Origin: Bacteroidales bacterium
GTDB taxonomy: Bacteria; Bacteroidota; Bacteroidia; Bacteroidales; UBA932
Assembly: GCA_024398155.1 (NCBI GenBank)
Contig: JAKSJS010000001.1
Location: forward strand, 3,233 to 67,232
Direction of reading: 5' to 3'
Length of the DNA: 64,000 bases
Both the position numbers and the translations under genes were made by a program. Positions 48,654 to 58,979 of this stretch are shown piece by piece; the first letter of the stretch is position 1, and the number at the start of each line of letters is the position of its first letter. The notes beneath the pieces are model-generated. The model saw only the letters and a list, made by a program, of their open reading frames with translations. It was not told where the DNA came from and made no database searches.

Positions 48654-50558
48654 ATGTTAAGGAAAGAAATAACAATTTCGGCAGCAGCCCTCGTTGCTAA
48701 CGCTCCTTCCAAGACGGTCATCCTGATAGGGGACTTCTGTCTGGACGTTTACTATCACATTTCCAGTGCAGACCTGGAGCCGTCCGTCGAGACGGGGCTT
48801 ATGGTCCGCAAGGTCAGCCGGCTTCAAACGAGTCTTGGCGGCGGCGGAAATGTTTTTGCGAACCTTGCGGCACTTGGAGCCGGAAAGATAATTCCGTTCG
48901 GCGTTATCGGGCCTGATATGTTCGGCATAGAGATGATGCGTCTCATGGAAAAGGCACATCCGGGATGTGACTCTCTCTTTGTGCAGGAAGAAGGATGGGT
49001 GACTCCGGCATACATGAAACCCATTCTGGACGGAGCCGAGCAGGAAAGGATAGATACGGGGTTGCGAAACTCAATAAAGGAGGAAACCGTTGAGGCCATG
49101 CTCGCAAAGCTCCATGAGGCTGTCAAGTCTGCGGACATTGTGATGATCAATCAGCAACTTGAAGGCTCGATATATACGGATCGTTTCATAGACGGTCTCA
49201 ATACGCTGGCTTCTGAGAATCCGTCAGTCATGTTCATTGTTGACGCCCGCTCAATCCAGAGCCGCTTCCATGGCATGTGGCATAAACTTAACACTCACGA
49301 AGCCGCGTTGGAGGCCGGGATAGAACTTGACCCTCTGAAGAGTGATCTTCCAGCTGATGAAGTCGGGGCCATAATGAAGAAATATAATGCTCTGACTGGA
49401 GACCCGCTCATTGTGAGCCGCGGTCAGTTCGGTGCGATGGCTTATGACGGGAATGAATTCTATTCGGCAGAAGGCCTGTCATTCCTTGCGGAACTTGATA
49501 CAGTTGGGGCTGGCGACAGTTTCTTTTCCGGTTTCGCGCTTTCCAAGGCTGCCGGTCTTCCGATTGATGCCTCCCTCAACATCGGCAACTGCGTAGCCGG
49601 TGTGACTGTTCAGAAACTCCACACAACAGGGACATGCACTCCGGAAGAGCTGTGTGAGATAGCGGCAAACTGCGATTTCACTTATAATGCAGATACCAAT
49701 ATCAGGAAGATTGACAAGCCGTTCGAGGCGGAAATCATTGGCGAATGGGAGGCTATATGCGCCCGTCCCGCTATAGAATATGCTGTATTTGATAATGACG
49801 GTACTATTTCCACCTTCCGTGAAGGCTGGGAAGATGTTATGGAAACCTGCATGATAGACGCGGTTACAGGAGGCAAGACGGTAAGCCGAAGTGAAAGGGA
49901 AAAGATTCGTGCATATTGTCGGGATTTCATCATAAAGAGCACGGGTATCCAGACTATCAACCAGATGGTAATGCTTGTGGACATAGTCCGGAAATGGGGG
50001 CTTGTCCCGGAAGAGGAGATACTGACAGCAAAGCAATACAAGGATATATACAACACAGCGCTCCTCAAGCATATCCATGACCGTCTTGAGAGAGTCAGGG
50101 ATGGCCGTTTGGATCCTAGGGATGCAACTCTTGCCGGAGCGCTGGATTTCCTGCGGACTCTTTCGGAAAATGGCGTGAAAATATATCTGGCGAGCGGAAC
50201 AGATGTAGATGACGTAAAGAATGAAGCTCACATCCTTGGATTTGACAAGTACTTCACAGGCGGGATATTCGGCTCTGTAGGAGATGTGAAGAATGACCCT
50301 AAACGTCAGGTCCTTAGAGATATCCTTTCGAAAGAGGGTGTCGATATGGAGAAACTTGCTATTTTCGGCGATGGGCCAGTTGAGATGAGAGAAGCCCGCA
50401 GCAACGGTGCTTTGGCCGTAGGCGTCCTCAGTGATGAAAAGCATCGGTACGGATGGAATATGAAAAAGCACAGCCGATTGCTGTATGCCGGCTCGGATAT
50501 TCTGATTCCGGACTTCTCCCAATATGAAGAACTCGCGAATTTTCTTTTGAAACGATGA
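48654..50558 (+). CDS. PfkB (HldE/RfaE-I-like) sugar kinase fused to a HAD phosphatase
   Basis: Start at ATG 48654. IGDFCLDVY, GGGGNVFANLAALGA, DTVGAGDSF; HAD motifs FDNDGT, LASGT, FGDGPVE. No signal peptide. Confidence 0.85.
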   Translation: MLRKEITISAAALVANAPSKTVILIGDFCLDVYYHISSADLEPSVETGLMVRKVSRLQTSLGGGGNVFANLAALGAGKIIPFGVIGPDMFGIEMMRLMEKAHPGCDSLFVQEEGWVTPAYMKPILDGAEQERIDTGLRNSIKEETVEAMLAKLHEAVKSADIVMINQQLEGSIYTDRFIDGLNTLASENPSVMFIVDARSIQSRFHGMWHKLNTHEAALEAGIELDPLKSDLPADEVGAIMKKYNALTGDPLIVSRGQFGAMAYDGNEFYSAEGLSFLAELDTVGAGDSFFSGFALSKAAGLPIDASLNIGNCVAGVTVQKLHTTGTCTPEELCEIAANCDFTYNADTNIRKIDKPFEAEIIGEWEAICARPAIEYAVFDNDGTISTFREGWEDVMETCMIDAVTGGKTVSRSEREKIRAYCRDFIIKSTGIQTINQMVMLVDIVRKWGLVPEEEILTAKQYKDIYNTALLKHIHDRLERVRDGRLDPRDATLAGALDFLRTLSENGVKIYLASGTDVDDVKNEAHILGFDKYFTGGIFGSVGDVKNDPKRQVLRDILSKEGVDMEKLAIFGDGPVEMREARSNGALAVGVLSDEKHRYGWNMKKHSRLLYAGSDILIPDFSQYEELANFLLKR

Positions 50559-51589
50559 CAGGCCAGAAAAGATTTGACAGGAAACTGTTACTCCAGAAAC
50601 CTCTTGTTGAACGCAAGAACAAGGTAACTGTCGCTGACATATATGTAAAGACGACAGACCCTGTCCCTGACATGGATAGCGCGACATCAGATGCTGTGCA
50701 TCGCGTTGCCGGATATATCCTCGATGCACGAAAGACGGGCAATAGTGTGATGCTTGCCTTTGGGGCTCATTCCATAAAGAATGGGCTCGGCCATCTGATG
50801 GTTGAGTTCATAAAGAAAGGCTGGATAACTCATTTTGCCACCAATGGTGCAGGAATCATTCATGACTGGGAGTTCGCATTCATTGGAAAGAGCAGTGAGT
50901 CCGTAGCAGAGAACCTCCCGAAAGGAGAGTTCGGGACTTGGAACGAAACTGGTCTGTATCTTAATTTGGCGATCATTGCCGGGGCATATGAAGGGTTGGG
51001 CTACGGCGCTTCTGTCGGCAAGGCTATTATTGAAGAGGGAATAATGATACCTTCCAGGGAAGAACTGCTTCGGGTTGTCCGCGGGAATCCGGCAAAAGCG
51101 TCGTCGGCGGCTGATTTCATCGAAGCAATTGAAAGAAGTGGTGTAAAGGCCGGATGGCTTTCGATTCCGGCTCCGTTCCGTGAATTCAGCCTTCAGGCCG
51201 GAGCATACAGATATGGTGTTCATTCAACCGATCATCCTATGTTCGGGCATGACATCATATACACGCATGTCGCAAATTCCGGCTCGGCAATCGGCAGGAC
51301 AGCACAAACGGATTTCGAGACTTTTGTGGAGTCATATAAAGGTCTTGACGGCGGTGGGGTTTACCTCTCGCTGGGGTCTGCTGTCATGTCCCCGTCGGTC
51401 TTTGAGATTGCCGGCAGGAAGGCTGGCCCCGTGAGTGGACACCATATTGCTGTAATAGATCTTGGCGAGGTCGCGAAGATTGGAAAATTTGAGGACTCAC
51501 ATCCGGAGACTCTCGATTTCATAAAAGGAGACAACAGGAAATTCCTTCTTGCATTGTATAAGGAATTATCACGGATGGAGAATTGTTAG
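50555..51589 (+). CDS. Deoxyhypusine-synthase-fold (DHS-like NAD-binding) protein A
   Basis: FGAHSIKNGL...WITHFATNGAGIIHDWE resembles the DHS 'xxSGxR..I..L....V...VTT..G..ED' segment; also VYLSLGSAVMSP. Confidence 0.6.
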   Translation: MTGQKRFDRKLLLQKPLVERKNKVTVADIYVKTTDPVPDMDSATSDAVHRVAGYILDARKTGNSVMLAFGAHSIKNGLGHLMVEFIKKGWITHFATNGAGIIHDWEFAFIGKSSESVAENLPKGEFGTWNETGLYLNLAIIAGAYEGLGYGASVGKAIIEEGIMIPSREELLRVVRGNPAKASSAADFIEAIERSGVKAGWLSIPAPFREFSLQAGAYRYGVHSTDHPMFGHDIIYTHVANSGSAIGRTAQTDFETFVESYKGLDGGGVYLSLGSAVMSPSVFEIAGRKAGPVSGHHIAVIDLGEVAKIGKFEDSHPETLDFIKGDNRKFLLALYKELSRMENC

Positions 51590-51594
51590 GGAAT

Positions 51595-52533
51595 ATGGAA
51601 AACGAGGAAATAATTGCAATTACAGCAAAAGACATCCTGGACGCAAGGGGAAAGTCGGCGTCTTGTATACTTACCTTCGGAGCAGACTTGATTCCGAACG
51701 GGTTGACAGAAGCAGTCGGGAAACTGATAGAGGAAAAGTTTATTACACACCTTGCGACGACGGGTGCCGCTCTCATTGATGATTTTGAGGTGGCAAGAGG
51801 TGCTGCGGCATCCCTCAAGGACGATCTGAGACTTATCAACATGGCCATTGCTGTCGGCTCTTTCAAGGGATACGGCATGGGTGAATCCGTTGCAAAGGTA
51901 ATATCGTCGGGACGGCTTGAAATCCCGTCAGGGGAAGAACTTGATGCGGTGCTGGAAAGTGATGCGGCTCCAGCGGATCTTTCGGCTGCTGCTGAACTGA
52001 GATCGAAGCTGCCAGTCTATGGGACCGGCACCATTGAAATTGATTTTCCTGGTCGCGAAGAGTCTCTCATGTATGTTGCTGAAAAGGCTTCAGTTCCATT
52101 CACAATCCATCCTCAATTCGGTCTTGACGATTATTTTGTAGATCCTGGCTGTTCTTTTGCGGCAGTTGGCAGAACTGCGGAGTCGGATTTCCTATGTTTT
52201 GTAAATAGTGTTTATAATCTGGAAGAAGGTGTATATCTTTCTGTCGGGTCATCTGTGGCATCTCCCATGATATTCGAGAAGGCTTTGTCTATGAGCCAGA
52301 ATGTAAGAATACAAAGAGGATGCAGGATGACAGGTCACAAACTGGTTATAGTCGATTTGGCAGAGTCAAGATGGGATTGGATGAAGAACGGAGAGCCTCC
52401 GGAAACAAGGCCGGAATACTATCTGAGGTATTGTAAGTCTTTTTCCCGTGCGGCGGCAAAATCAATGTATTACGTTTCTGCGGATAACAGGGAATTTTTC
52501 TATCATCTAATGAGAGAACTGGATATAAAATGA
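51595..52533 (+). CDS. DHS-like protein B, paralogue of 50555-51589
   Basis: FGADLIPNGL...FITHLATTGAALIDDFE, HPQFG.D, VYLSVGSSVASPMIFEKALS. Confidence 0.6.
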   Translation: MENEEIIAITAKDILDARGKSASCILTFGADLIPNGLTEAVGKLIEEKFITHLATTGAALIDDFEVARGAAASLKDDLRLINMAIAVGSFKGYGMGESVAKVISSGRLEIPSGEELDAVLESDAAPADLSAAAELRSKLPVYGTGTIEIDFPGREESLMYVAEKASVPFTIHPQFGLDDYFVDPGCSFAAVGRTAESDFLCFVNSVYNLEEGVYLSVGSSVASPMIFEKALSMSQNVRIQRGCRMTGHKLVIVDLAESRWDWMKNGEPPETRPEYYLRYCKSFSRAAAKSMYYVSADNREFFYHLMRELDIK

Positions 52534-54038
52534 AAAGGCTGTTTATGGTGTTTGCGCTGTTGTCCCTTGGCTCCTTTTTGCTGATGGCCAAGGATTACAA
52601 CGCCCGTGATTTCGGGGCTGTCGGCAACGGGGTTACAATGGACACACGCTCTATCCAGTATGCGATAGACTACATATGTGAAAATGGTGGAGGACGTCTT
52701 GTCCTTTCCGACGGGACTTTCCTTTCCGGGTCCATATGGCTCAAGGATAATGTTACTCTTCATGTTGAGAGGGGTGCAGTCCTGCAGGGCTCATACCGTT
52801 ATTGGGACTATAAAGTTGATCCGGCAATAAATTGGATGGCACTCGTATTTGCTGTTGATGCAGGCAATATCGGCATTACCGGTCCCGGGACGATTCGTGG
52901 CGGAGGCATGAGAGTGGGCGAAGATTCAACCAAATATTGGCATTATGGCCAAATCATTGACGACCATCTCCCGCATTGTGACTTCCTCAATGAAAGGATG
53001 CGTCCCTGCAACGTTTATTTTCTAAGATGTGACAATGTTACTATAAAAGATATTACTTTTACAGAGCCGACGTGCTGGAACCAGACATATGACCTTTGCA
53101 CCAACATGTTGTTTGAGAACATGATTGTTGATGCAAATGTCTTCTCGAATAATGATGGGATTGATTTGGTGGATTGCCAGAATGTGGTAATGAGGAAGTG
53201 CTTCATCAATTCCGAGGATGACGCGTTCTGCCTCAAGAGCCATCATGTCTATTCATGCTGCCGTAACATCCTCATTGAAGACTGCAGAGCCCGTTCAAGT
53301 GCAAGCGCGGTCAAATTCGGGACAGCATCGTTCGGCGGGTTCAAGGATATTACTATTCGTAACATGTATGTTTACGACACATACAGAAGCGCGTTGACAA
53401 TCGCGAGTGTCGATGGCGCTCAGATAGAGAACATCTTGGTCGATGGCCTTATAAGCATCAATACAGGCAATCCTATTTTCTTCCGTTTCGGGAACAGGAA
53501 TGCAATCGCTGACCCGAACACCGATTCTCAATATATCCACTCCAGACCATATATCAAAGGAATTACCGTGAGGAACATGTATGCTGAGGTTCCTTTCAGC
53601 AAGGCGGATAAGGGCTATCCTTTTGAGGGGCCCCATCAGGAAATGCCCCGAAACGTCTGTCCTTCCTCCATTTTGGGAATTCCCGGGCTCCGCATAGAGG
53701 ATGTTTCTTTTGAAAACATCGAGATTGTATATCCTGGCTATGCTGACAAGGAATTTGCATGCAGGGGATACTCTCCGGCAGAATTGGAAGCAATCCCCGA
53801 GAAGGAAACTGTTTATCCCGAATTCTGTAATTGGCAGGAGATGCCAGCCTGGGCTTTCTATATCCGTCATGCTGATAACGTCAGTTTCACAAATGTCAAA
53901 TTCCGGCTTGACGGGCCCGACTATCGTCCGGCAATCGTTACGGATGATGTAAAAGGGTTTAAGACCAAGCGGATTGAAATTGTCGGCAATGCTGAAGGAA
54001 TTCCTGAAATTGTACGCTATAAAACAAGTCGCAAATGA
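52530..54038 (+). CDS. GH28-like right-handed beta-helix glycoside hydrolase
   Basis: FGAVGNG..DTRSIQYAID, FLSGSIWLKDNVTL, NNDGIDL, SEDDAFCLKS, SAVKFGT; signal peptide. Confidence 0.85.
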   Translation: MKRLFMVFALLSLGSFLLMAKDYNARDFGAVGNGVTMDTRSIQYAIDYICENGGGRLVLSDGTFLSGSIWLKDNVTLHVERGAVLQGSYRYWDYKVDPAINWMALVFAVDAGNIGITGPGTIRGGGMRVGEDSTKYWHYGQIIDDHLPHCDFLNERMRPCNVYFLRCDNVTIKDITFTEPTCWNQTYDLCTNMLFENMIVDANVFSNNDGIDLVDCQNVVMRKCFINSEDDAFCLKSHHVYSCCRNILIEDCRARSSASAVKFGTASFGGFKDITIRNMYVYDTYRSALTIASVDGAQIENILVDGLISINTGNPIFFRFGNRNAIADPNTDSQYIHSRPYIKGITVRNMYAEVPFSKADKGYPFEGPHQEMPRNVCPSSILGIPGLRIEDVSFENIEIVYPGYADKEFACRGYSPAELEAIPEKETVYPEFCNWQEMPAWAFYIRHADNVSFTNVKFRLDGPDYRPAIVTDDVKGFKTKRIEIVGNAEGIPEIVRYKTSRK

Positions 54039-54613
54039 AAAGGACGATACTTGCAATAATCTTTTCGCTTGTATTCTTTCATGTGGATGCAGAGGAATAC
54101 CTGGGCAGTTTCTTCGGACTTTGCAGGGACGGGAAGACAGACAACACAGAAGCCGTCCAGCACGCCATTGACTTTATCAGTTCAAAAGGTGGCGGGACTC
54201 TTGTCATCGAGGTTGGCGGCTATGTATTGGGTTCGGTACAGATGAAAGACAATGTGACGATACGTATCACACCCGGCGCTATTATCGAGGCTCCTGCCAA
54301 CTATTACAACTACTATGGCCGCCCCGCCTTGTTCTATGCCAGGGGATGCAGGAACATAAGGATTGAAGGTGATGGGATTATCCGCGGTCATAATGATGAG
54401 CTCAAGACCTTCATGGAGAATCAGAAAGGGAAGGGGCACCTTCCCCAGGAGGCGTGCGAACCTGCGATAATATTGTTTGAGGATTGTGAAAACGTCTCTT
54501 TCGGGACATTCTACCTTTATGATGCTCCTGAAGATCCCGTGAGGCTTGTCCATACGCCATATACTGTTGATAATATATATATTAACGAGGGAAAACGTTG
54601 GATAAGGTTATGA
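54035..54613 (+). CDS. Short beta-helix (GH28 N-terminal-like) protein
   Basis: DGKTDNTEAVQHAIDFISSKGGGTLV...GSVQMKDNVTI; lacks the catalytic DG/DD region. Confidence 0.7.
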   Translation: MKRTILAIIFSLVFFHVDAEEYLGSFFGLCRDGKTDNTEAVQHAIDFISSKGGGTLVIEVGGYVLGSVQMKDNVTIRITPGAIIEAPANYYNYYGRPALFYARGCRNIRIEGDGIIRGHNDELKTFMENQKGKGHLPQEACEPAIILFEDCENVSFGTFYLYDAPEDPVRLVHTPYTVDNIYINEGKRWIRL

Positions 54614-54643
54614 ACATGAGTGTAACTTCTGACATAAGATAAG

Positions 54644-56800
54644 ATGAGAAACGGATTAATGCTTGCGGTCCTTCTTTTTACGGTGGCCTGCACAACAGTG
54701 AACACCCTTCCGAAAACCACATTCCAGTCAAGTCAGCCGTGGCGCCCGACAATTGATAACCGCGGAGATGCCGTGATGGTTTATGGAGTCGGAGGAAACC
54801 CTTCTGATCGTGAAAGCCCGATGTCCATTGAGAACAGGGTGAAGTCGTGGAAGGACAGGGGATACGAGGTGCAGTTCATGACGGGTATCGCCTGGGGTGG
54901 CTATCAGGACTATTTTACAGGCAAATGGGACGGTAAGGAACACATGGACGAGGGCCAGGTCCGTGAGAATGGAGATACGATTTGGCACGGTCGTATGGTA
55001 CCATATATCGTTCCTACGGAGAATTACCTCAAGTATATGAAGGAAATGCACGTCAAAAGGGCGATCGACGCCGGCATAGATGTGCTCTATTTCGAAGAGC
55101 CCGAGTTTTGGGCTTTTTCAGGTTACAGCGAGTCCTTCAAGAAGGAGTGGGAGAAGTTTTATGGCTTTGGGTGGCGTCCGCAACATGAAAGCGCGGAGAA
55201 CACGTACCTCTCCAACAAACTGAAATATCATATGTATTACAAAGCCCTTGATGAGGTTTCGACTTATGCCAAAGAGTATGGAAAGAGCCTTGGACGCGAT
55301 ATCAGGTGTTTCGTCCCGACCCATTCCCTTGTTAACTATTCGGCATGGAAGATAGTGTCTCCGGAGGCGAGCCTTGCCTCTCTTCCCGGCATTGACGGTT
55401 ATATCGCACAAGTATGGACCGGCACCTCACGTGAGCCCAATTTCTATAGGGGAGAGCGTCGTGAGAGGGTCTTTGAGACGGCATTCCTTGAGTATGGGTG
55501 TGCAAAATCCATGACAGAACCGACAGGCAGAACCGTTTATTTCCTTACTGATCCGATAGAGGACTGGCCTAGAGATTGGGCGGACTACAAGAGAAACTAT
55601 GAGGCGACATTTACGGCAGAATTGCTGTATCCCGACATCAATACTTTCGAAATCATGCCTTGGCCCGAGAGGATCTATGAAGGCCTCTATAGGAAATCCG
55701 CGACTGATGAGGAGCGCATCCATATACCGCCGGCATATGCGACACAGATGCAGATAATGATCAACGCCCTCCAACAGATGCCGCTTTCGGAGAACAGCGT
55801 AAGCGGAACCGACGGGATAAGCGTTCTTATGGCGAATTCCCTGATGTTTCAGTCTTTCCCCAACCACGAAGGCTATTCCGATCCCGGCCTGTCCGGCTTT
55901 TTCGGAGAGGCTCTGCCCCTCCTCAAACGTGGAATTCCTGTCAGTATGGTCCACATGGAGAACCTTCCCTTCAGGAAGTCGCTGGCCGGGACAAAGGTGC
56001 TCCTCATGTCTTATTCGAATATGAAACCGATGGATTCCAAGTCGCATGAAATCCTTGCGAAGTGGGTAAGGAGAGGGGGCATGATAATCTACAGTGGCAG
56101 AGATGATGACCCTTACCAGAACGTCCTGGAATGGTGGAATACCGGGGATAACTCATACGCCTGTCCCGCCGACCATCTTTTCTCCCTGATGGGAATTCCC
56201 GAGGGTGCTTCCGACGGCTTGTACCGATATGGAAAGGGCAAGGTCAGAATAATCAGAAAGGACTCCAAGGAGTTTGTCCTGGAAGACGATTCTGAACTGA
56301 TTTCTGACGTCATTGAACTTTATCCTGGCGAAGTCTGCTTCAAGAACAGCTTCGTTCTTGACAGGGGATATTACAGGATAGCAGCAGTGATGGACGAGAG
56401 CGTATCGGATGAACCATTATGCCTTGATGGCCTTTATATCGACGTCTACGATCCATGCCTGCCGGTGGTGAGTGGCCGGCTTGTACAACCGGGCACACAG
56501 GCCCTCCTGATTGATTTGAGCCGGATTGACAAGGACTGTCCGTCTGTGCTGGCTTCAGCTTCTAGAACATATGATGAGTCATTTGATGGCCGGAAGTATT
56601 CCTATACGGCCAAGTCTCCAATCAATACGCACAACGTTTCCAGAGTTTATCTACCCTCAAAGCCTGTTTCTCTTATTCTAAACGGGGAGGAAATGCTTGA
56701 TGAAAGCTGCTGGGATGTTTCCAGTTCAACGTATTTTGTCGAATTCGAAAACAACCCTGACGGAGTCTCTGTCTGCTTTGAAATCAACACGTCAAAATAA
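54644..56800 (+). CDS. Uncharacterised lipoprotein, putative glycoside hydrolase (barrel plus GATase-like domain)
   Basis: Lipobox TVA-C, GIDVLYFEEPEFW, later LAKWVRRGGMIIY resembling a GH42-type trimerisation domain; PUL context. Confidence 0.55.
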   Translation: MRNGLMLAVLLFTVACTTVNTLPKTTFQSSQPWRPTIDNRGDAVMVYGVGGNPSDRESPMSIENRVKSWKDRGYEVQFMTGIAWGGYQDYFTGKWDGKEHMDEGQVRENGDTIWHGRMVPYIVPTENYLKYMKEMHVKRAIDAGIDVLYFEEPEFWAFSGYSESFKKEWEKFYGFGWRPQHESAENTYLSNKLKYHMYYKALDEVSTYAKEYGKSLGRDIRCFVPTHSLVNYSAWKIVSPEASLASLPGIDGYIAQVWTGTSREPNFYRGERRERVFETAFLEYGCAKSMTEPTGRTVYFLTDPIEDWPRDWADYKRNYEATFTAELLYPDINTFEIMPWPERIYEGLYRKSATDEERIHIPPAYATQMQIMINALQQMPLSENSVSGTDGISVLMANSLMFQSFPNHEGYSDPGLSGFFGEALPLLKRGIPVSMVHMENLPFRKSLAGTKVLLMSYSNMKPMDSKSHEILAKWVRRGGMIIYSGRDDDPYQNVLEWWNTGDNSYACPADHLFSLMGIPEGASDGLYRYGKGKVRIIRKDSKEFVLEDDSELISDVIELYPGEVCFKNSFVLDRGYYRIAAVMDESVSDEPLCLDGLYIDVYDPCLPVVSGRLVQPGTQALLIDLSRIDKDCPSVLASASRTYDESFDGRKYSYTAKSPINTHNVSRVYLPSKPVSLILNGEEMLDESCWDVSSSTYFVEFENNPDGVSVCFEINTSK

Positions 56801-56813
56801 AATCCAACAACAT

Positions 56814-58979
56814 ATGAAGAAGTTTTTTATTGCTATTATCGCGCTTGCGACTGTCGTGTCCTGTACTGAAGATTACACGCAATATGTGGATCCTTTCATT
56901 GGAACGGCATATACCGGGCATACCTACCCTGCAGCAACAACTCCTTTTGCGATGGTACAGGTCGGACCTGACACGGGGACTGACGGATGGCGCTTCTGCT
57001 CGGGCTATCACGATTCGTCCAGTTCCATCATCGGTTTCTCCCATACCCATCTCAACGGTACGGGGTGTGCCGACATGGGAGATATACTTCTAATGCCTCT
57101 TGTAAACTGCTCATCATGGGATGCCGGCTCCGACGAAAACCCAGATTCGGGATACCGCTCCGGTTTTTCAACAGAGACGGAGACAGCAGGCGTGGATTAC
57201 TATAAGGTATATCTTGAAGATTATGGAATTACGGCAGAGATGACTGCGACGTCCCGCGTCGCTATCCATCGCTACACTTTCCCCAGTTCAGAAAATGCAG
57301 CCGTCCTCATCGATCTTGAGCATGGCCTTGATTCAAGGACAACAGAGTCCTTCATAAAGATTATTGACGATTGTACAGTCGTGGGAAAACGCCGTTCAAC
57401 GGGTTTTGTATACGATCACTGGTATTACTTCTGCGCCAAGTTTGACAAGCCTTTCGGTGAACCAGTTTTCTGCGAAGGGAAAGAAGACCTCAAGGTCAAA
57501 CTGCCATTCGTAACAGAAGATGGCGAACAGATAAAGGTGAAGGTGGCTCTCTCAACAGTCAGCGAAGAAGGAGCCGTTGCAAATATGGAGGCCGAACTCC
57601 CCGGATGGGATTTTGAGAAGACTCGCGCAGCGGGTGCCAAGGCTTGGAAAGATCTTCTCGGAAGAATGGAAATATCTGATCCGAACCATGACAAAATGGT
57701 GGCGGCATATACATCACTTTATCATTCACTCCTTATGCCTAACCTCATTACTGACGTTGACGGGTCATATACGGGCTGGGACCATGAGATTCACAAGAAT
57801 GCGCCCGGGGAGGATATGTACACCAATTTCTCTCTCTGGGATACTTACAGAGCAGAACATTCTCTTCTCAATCTGTTGTATCCTGAAATCAATGTCCGCC
57901 TTGTCAATTCCCTGCTCGAGAAATACCGTCAGACCGGTCTTCTGTGTACGAACGAATATGGCATATGCGAGACGTGGTGCATGATTGGCAACCATGCTGT
58001 CCCCGTTGTCGTTGATGCTGTCTTAAAAGGCCTTGACATCGACAAGGACCTTGCATATGAGGCATGCAAGGCGTCATTGACTACGGATCATCCGAAGTCG
58101 TCCTTCGATGTCCTGGACAAATATGGTTATTATCCCGTGTCATTCTGCAATGAGTCGGTCTCGAGGACTTTGGAACACTGCTATGACGATTGGTGCATGA
58201 AAGTATTGGCCGATCTTTTGGACAAGCCGGAGGATGCCGCCTACTTCGCCGGCCGTGCCGACTTCTACAAGAATCTGTTTGATCCGGAGACTTGTCTGAT
58301 GCGCCCCAGGAATGAAGATGGCAGCTGGCTTTCTCCGTTTGATCCGCAGGCCGTTTCACATGACAGCCTGACCGGTGGAGCTTACACTGAAGGCACGGCA
58401 TGGCAATACACCTGGCATGTCCAGCATGACGTTCAGGGCCTTATCGGCTTGTTCCCGAGCAAAGACGCGTTTGTCGCTCAGCTTTCAAGGCTCTTTGACG
58501 AGGATAATGTCGTAAAGGGCGATGTGGAAGTTCCTGACGTGACCGGACTCATTGGCCAGTACGCTCATGGCAACGAACCCAGCCACCATATCGCCTACAT
58601 GCTCAGCATGGCGGGCGTTCCCGATATGACAGCAGAGATAGTCCGCAAAGTGTTCGACCGTTTCTATATGGCCAAACGTGACGGGCTCTGCGGCAACGAC
58701 GACTGTGGCCAGATGTCTTCCTGGTATCTCTTTTCCGGAATGGGTTTCTATCCAGTTGATCCGGTTTCGGGAGAATATGTTTTCGGAGCACCCCAGTTTC
58801 CGGAGATGGTCCTTCATCTTCCCAATGGCAAGGACTTTACAATTAAGGCGAACGGCCTCTGCGAAGAAAACAAATTCGTAAAGACCGTCAGTTACAACGG
58901 CATTGACATTCCGTACACTTCCATCAGTTTCGATGATATATGTAAAGGCGGTGTCCTTGAATATGAAATGAAAAATTAG
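56814..58979 (+). CDS. GH92 alpha-mannosidase-family glycoside hydrolase
   Basis: Start at ATG 56814. GHTYPAA, FSHTHLNGTG, SLWDTYRA, YTEGTAWQY, HGNEPSHH, GNDDCGQMSSW. Confidence 0.95.
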   Translation: MKKFFIAIIALATVVSCTEDYTQYVDPFIGTAYTGHTYPAATTPFAMVQVGPDTGTDGWRFCSGYHDSSSSIIGFSHTHLNGTGCADMGDILLMPLVNCSSWDAGSDENPDSGYRSGFSTETETAGVDYYKVYLEDYGITAEMTATSRVAIHRYTFPSSENAAVLIDLEHGLDSRTTESFIKIIDDCTVVGKRRSTGFVYDHWYYFCAKFDKPFGEPVFCEGKEDLKVKLPFVTEDGEQIKVKVALSTVSEEGAVANMEAELPGWDFEKTRAAGAKAWKDLLGRMEISDPNHDKMVAAYTSLYHSLLMPNLITDVDGSYTGWDHEIHKNAPGEDMYTNFSLWDTYRAEHSLLNLLYPEINVRLVNSLLEKYRQTGLLCTNEYGICETWCMIGNHAVPVVVDAVLKGLDIDKDLAYEACKASLTTDHPKSSFDVLDKYGYYPVSFCNESVSRTLEHCYDDWCMKVLADLLDKPEDAAYFAGRADFYKNLFDPETCLMRPRNEDGSWLSPFDPQAVSHDSLTGGAYTEGTAWQYTWHVQHDVQGLIGLFPSKDAFVAQLSRLFDEDNVVKGDVEVPDVTGLIGQYAHGNEPSHHIAYMLSMAGVPDMTAEIVRKVFDRFYMAKRDGLCGNDDCGQMSSWYLFSGMGFYPVDPVSGEYVFGAPQFPEMVLHLPNGKDFTIKANGLCEENKFVKTVSYNGIDIPYTSISFDDICKGGVLEYEMKN

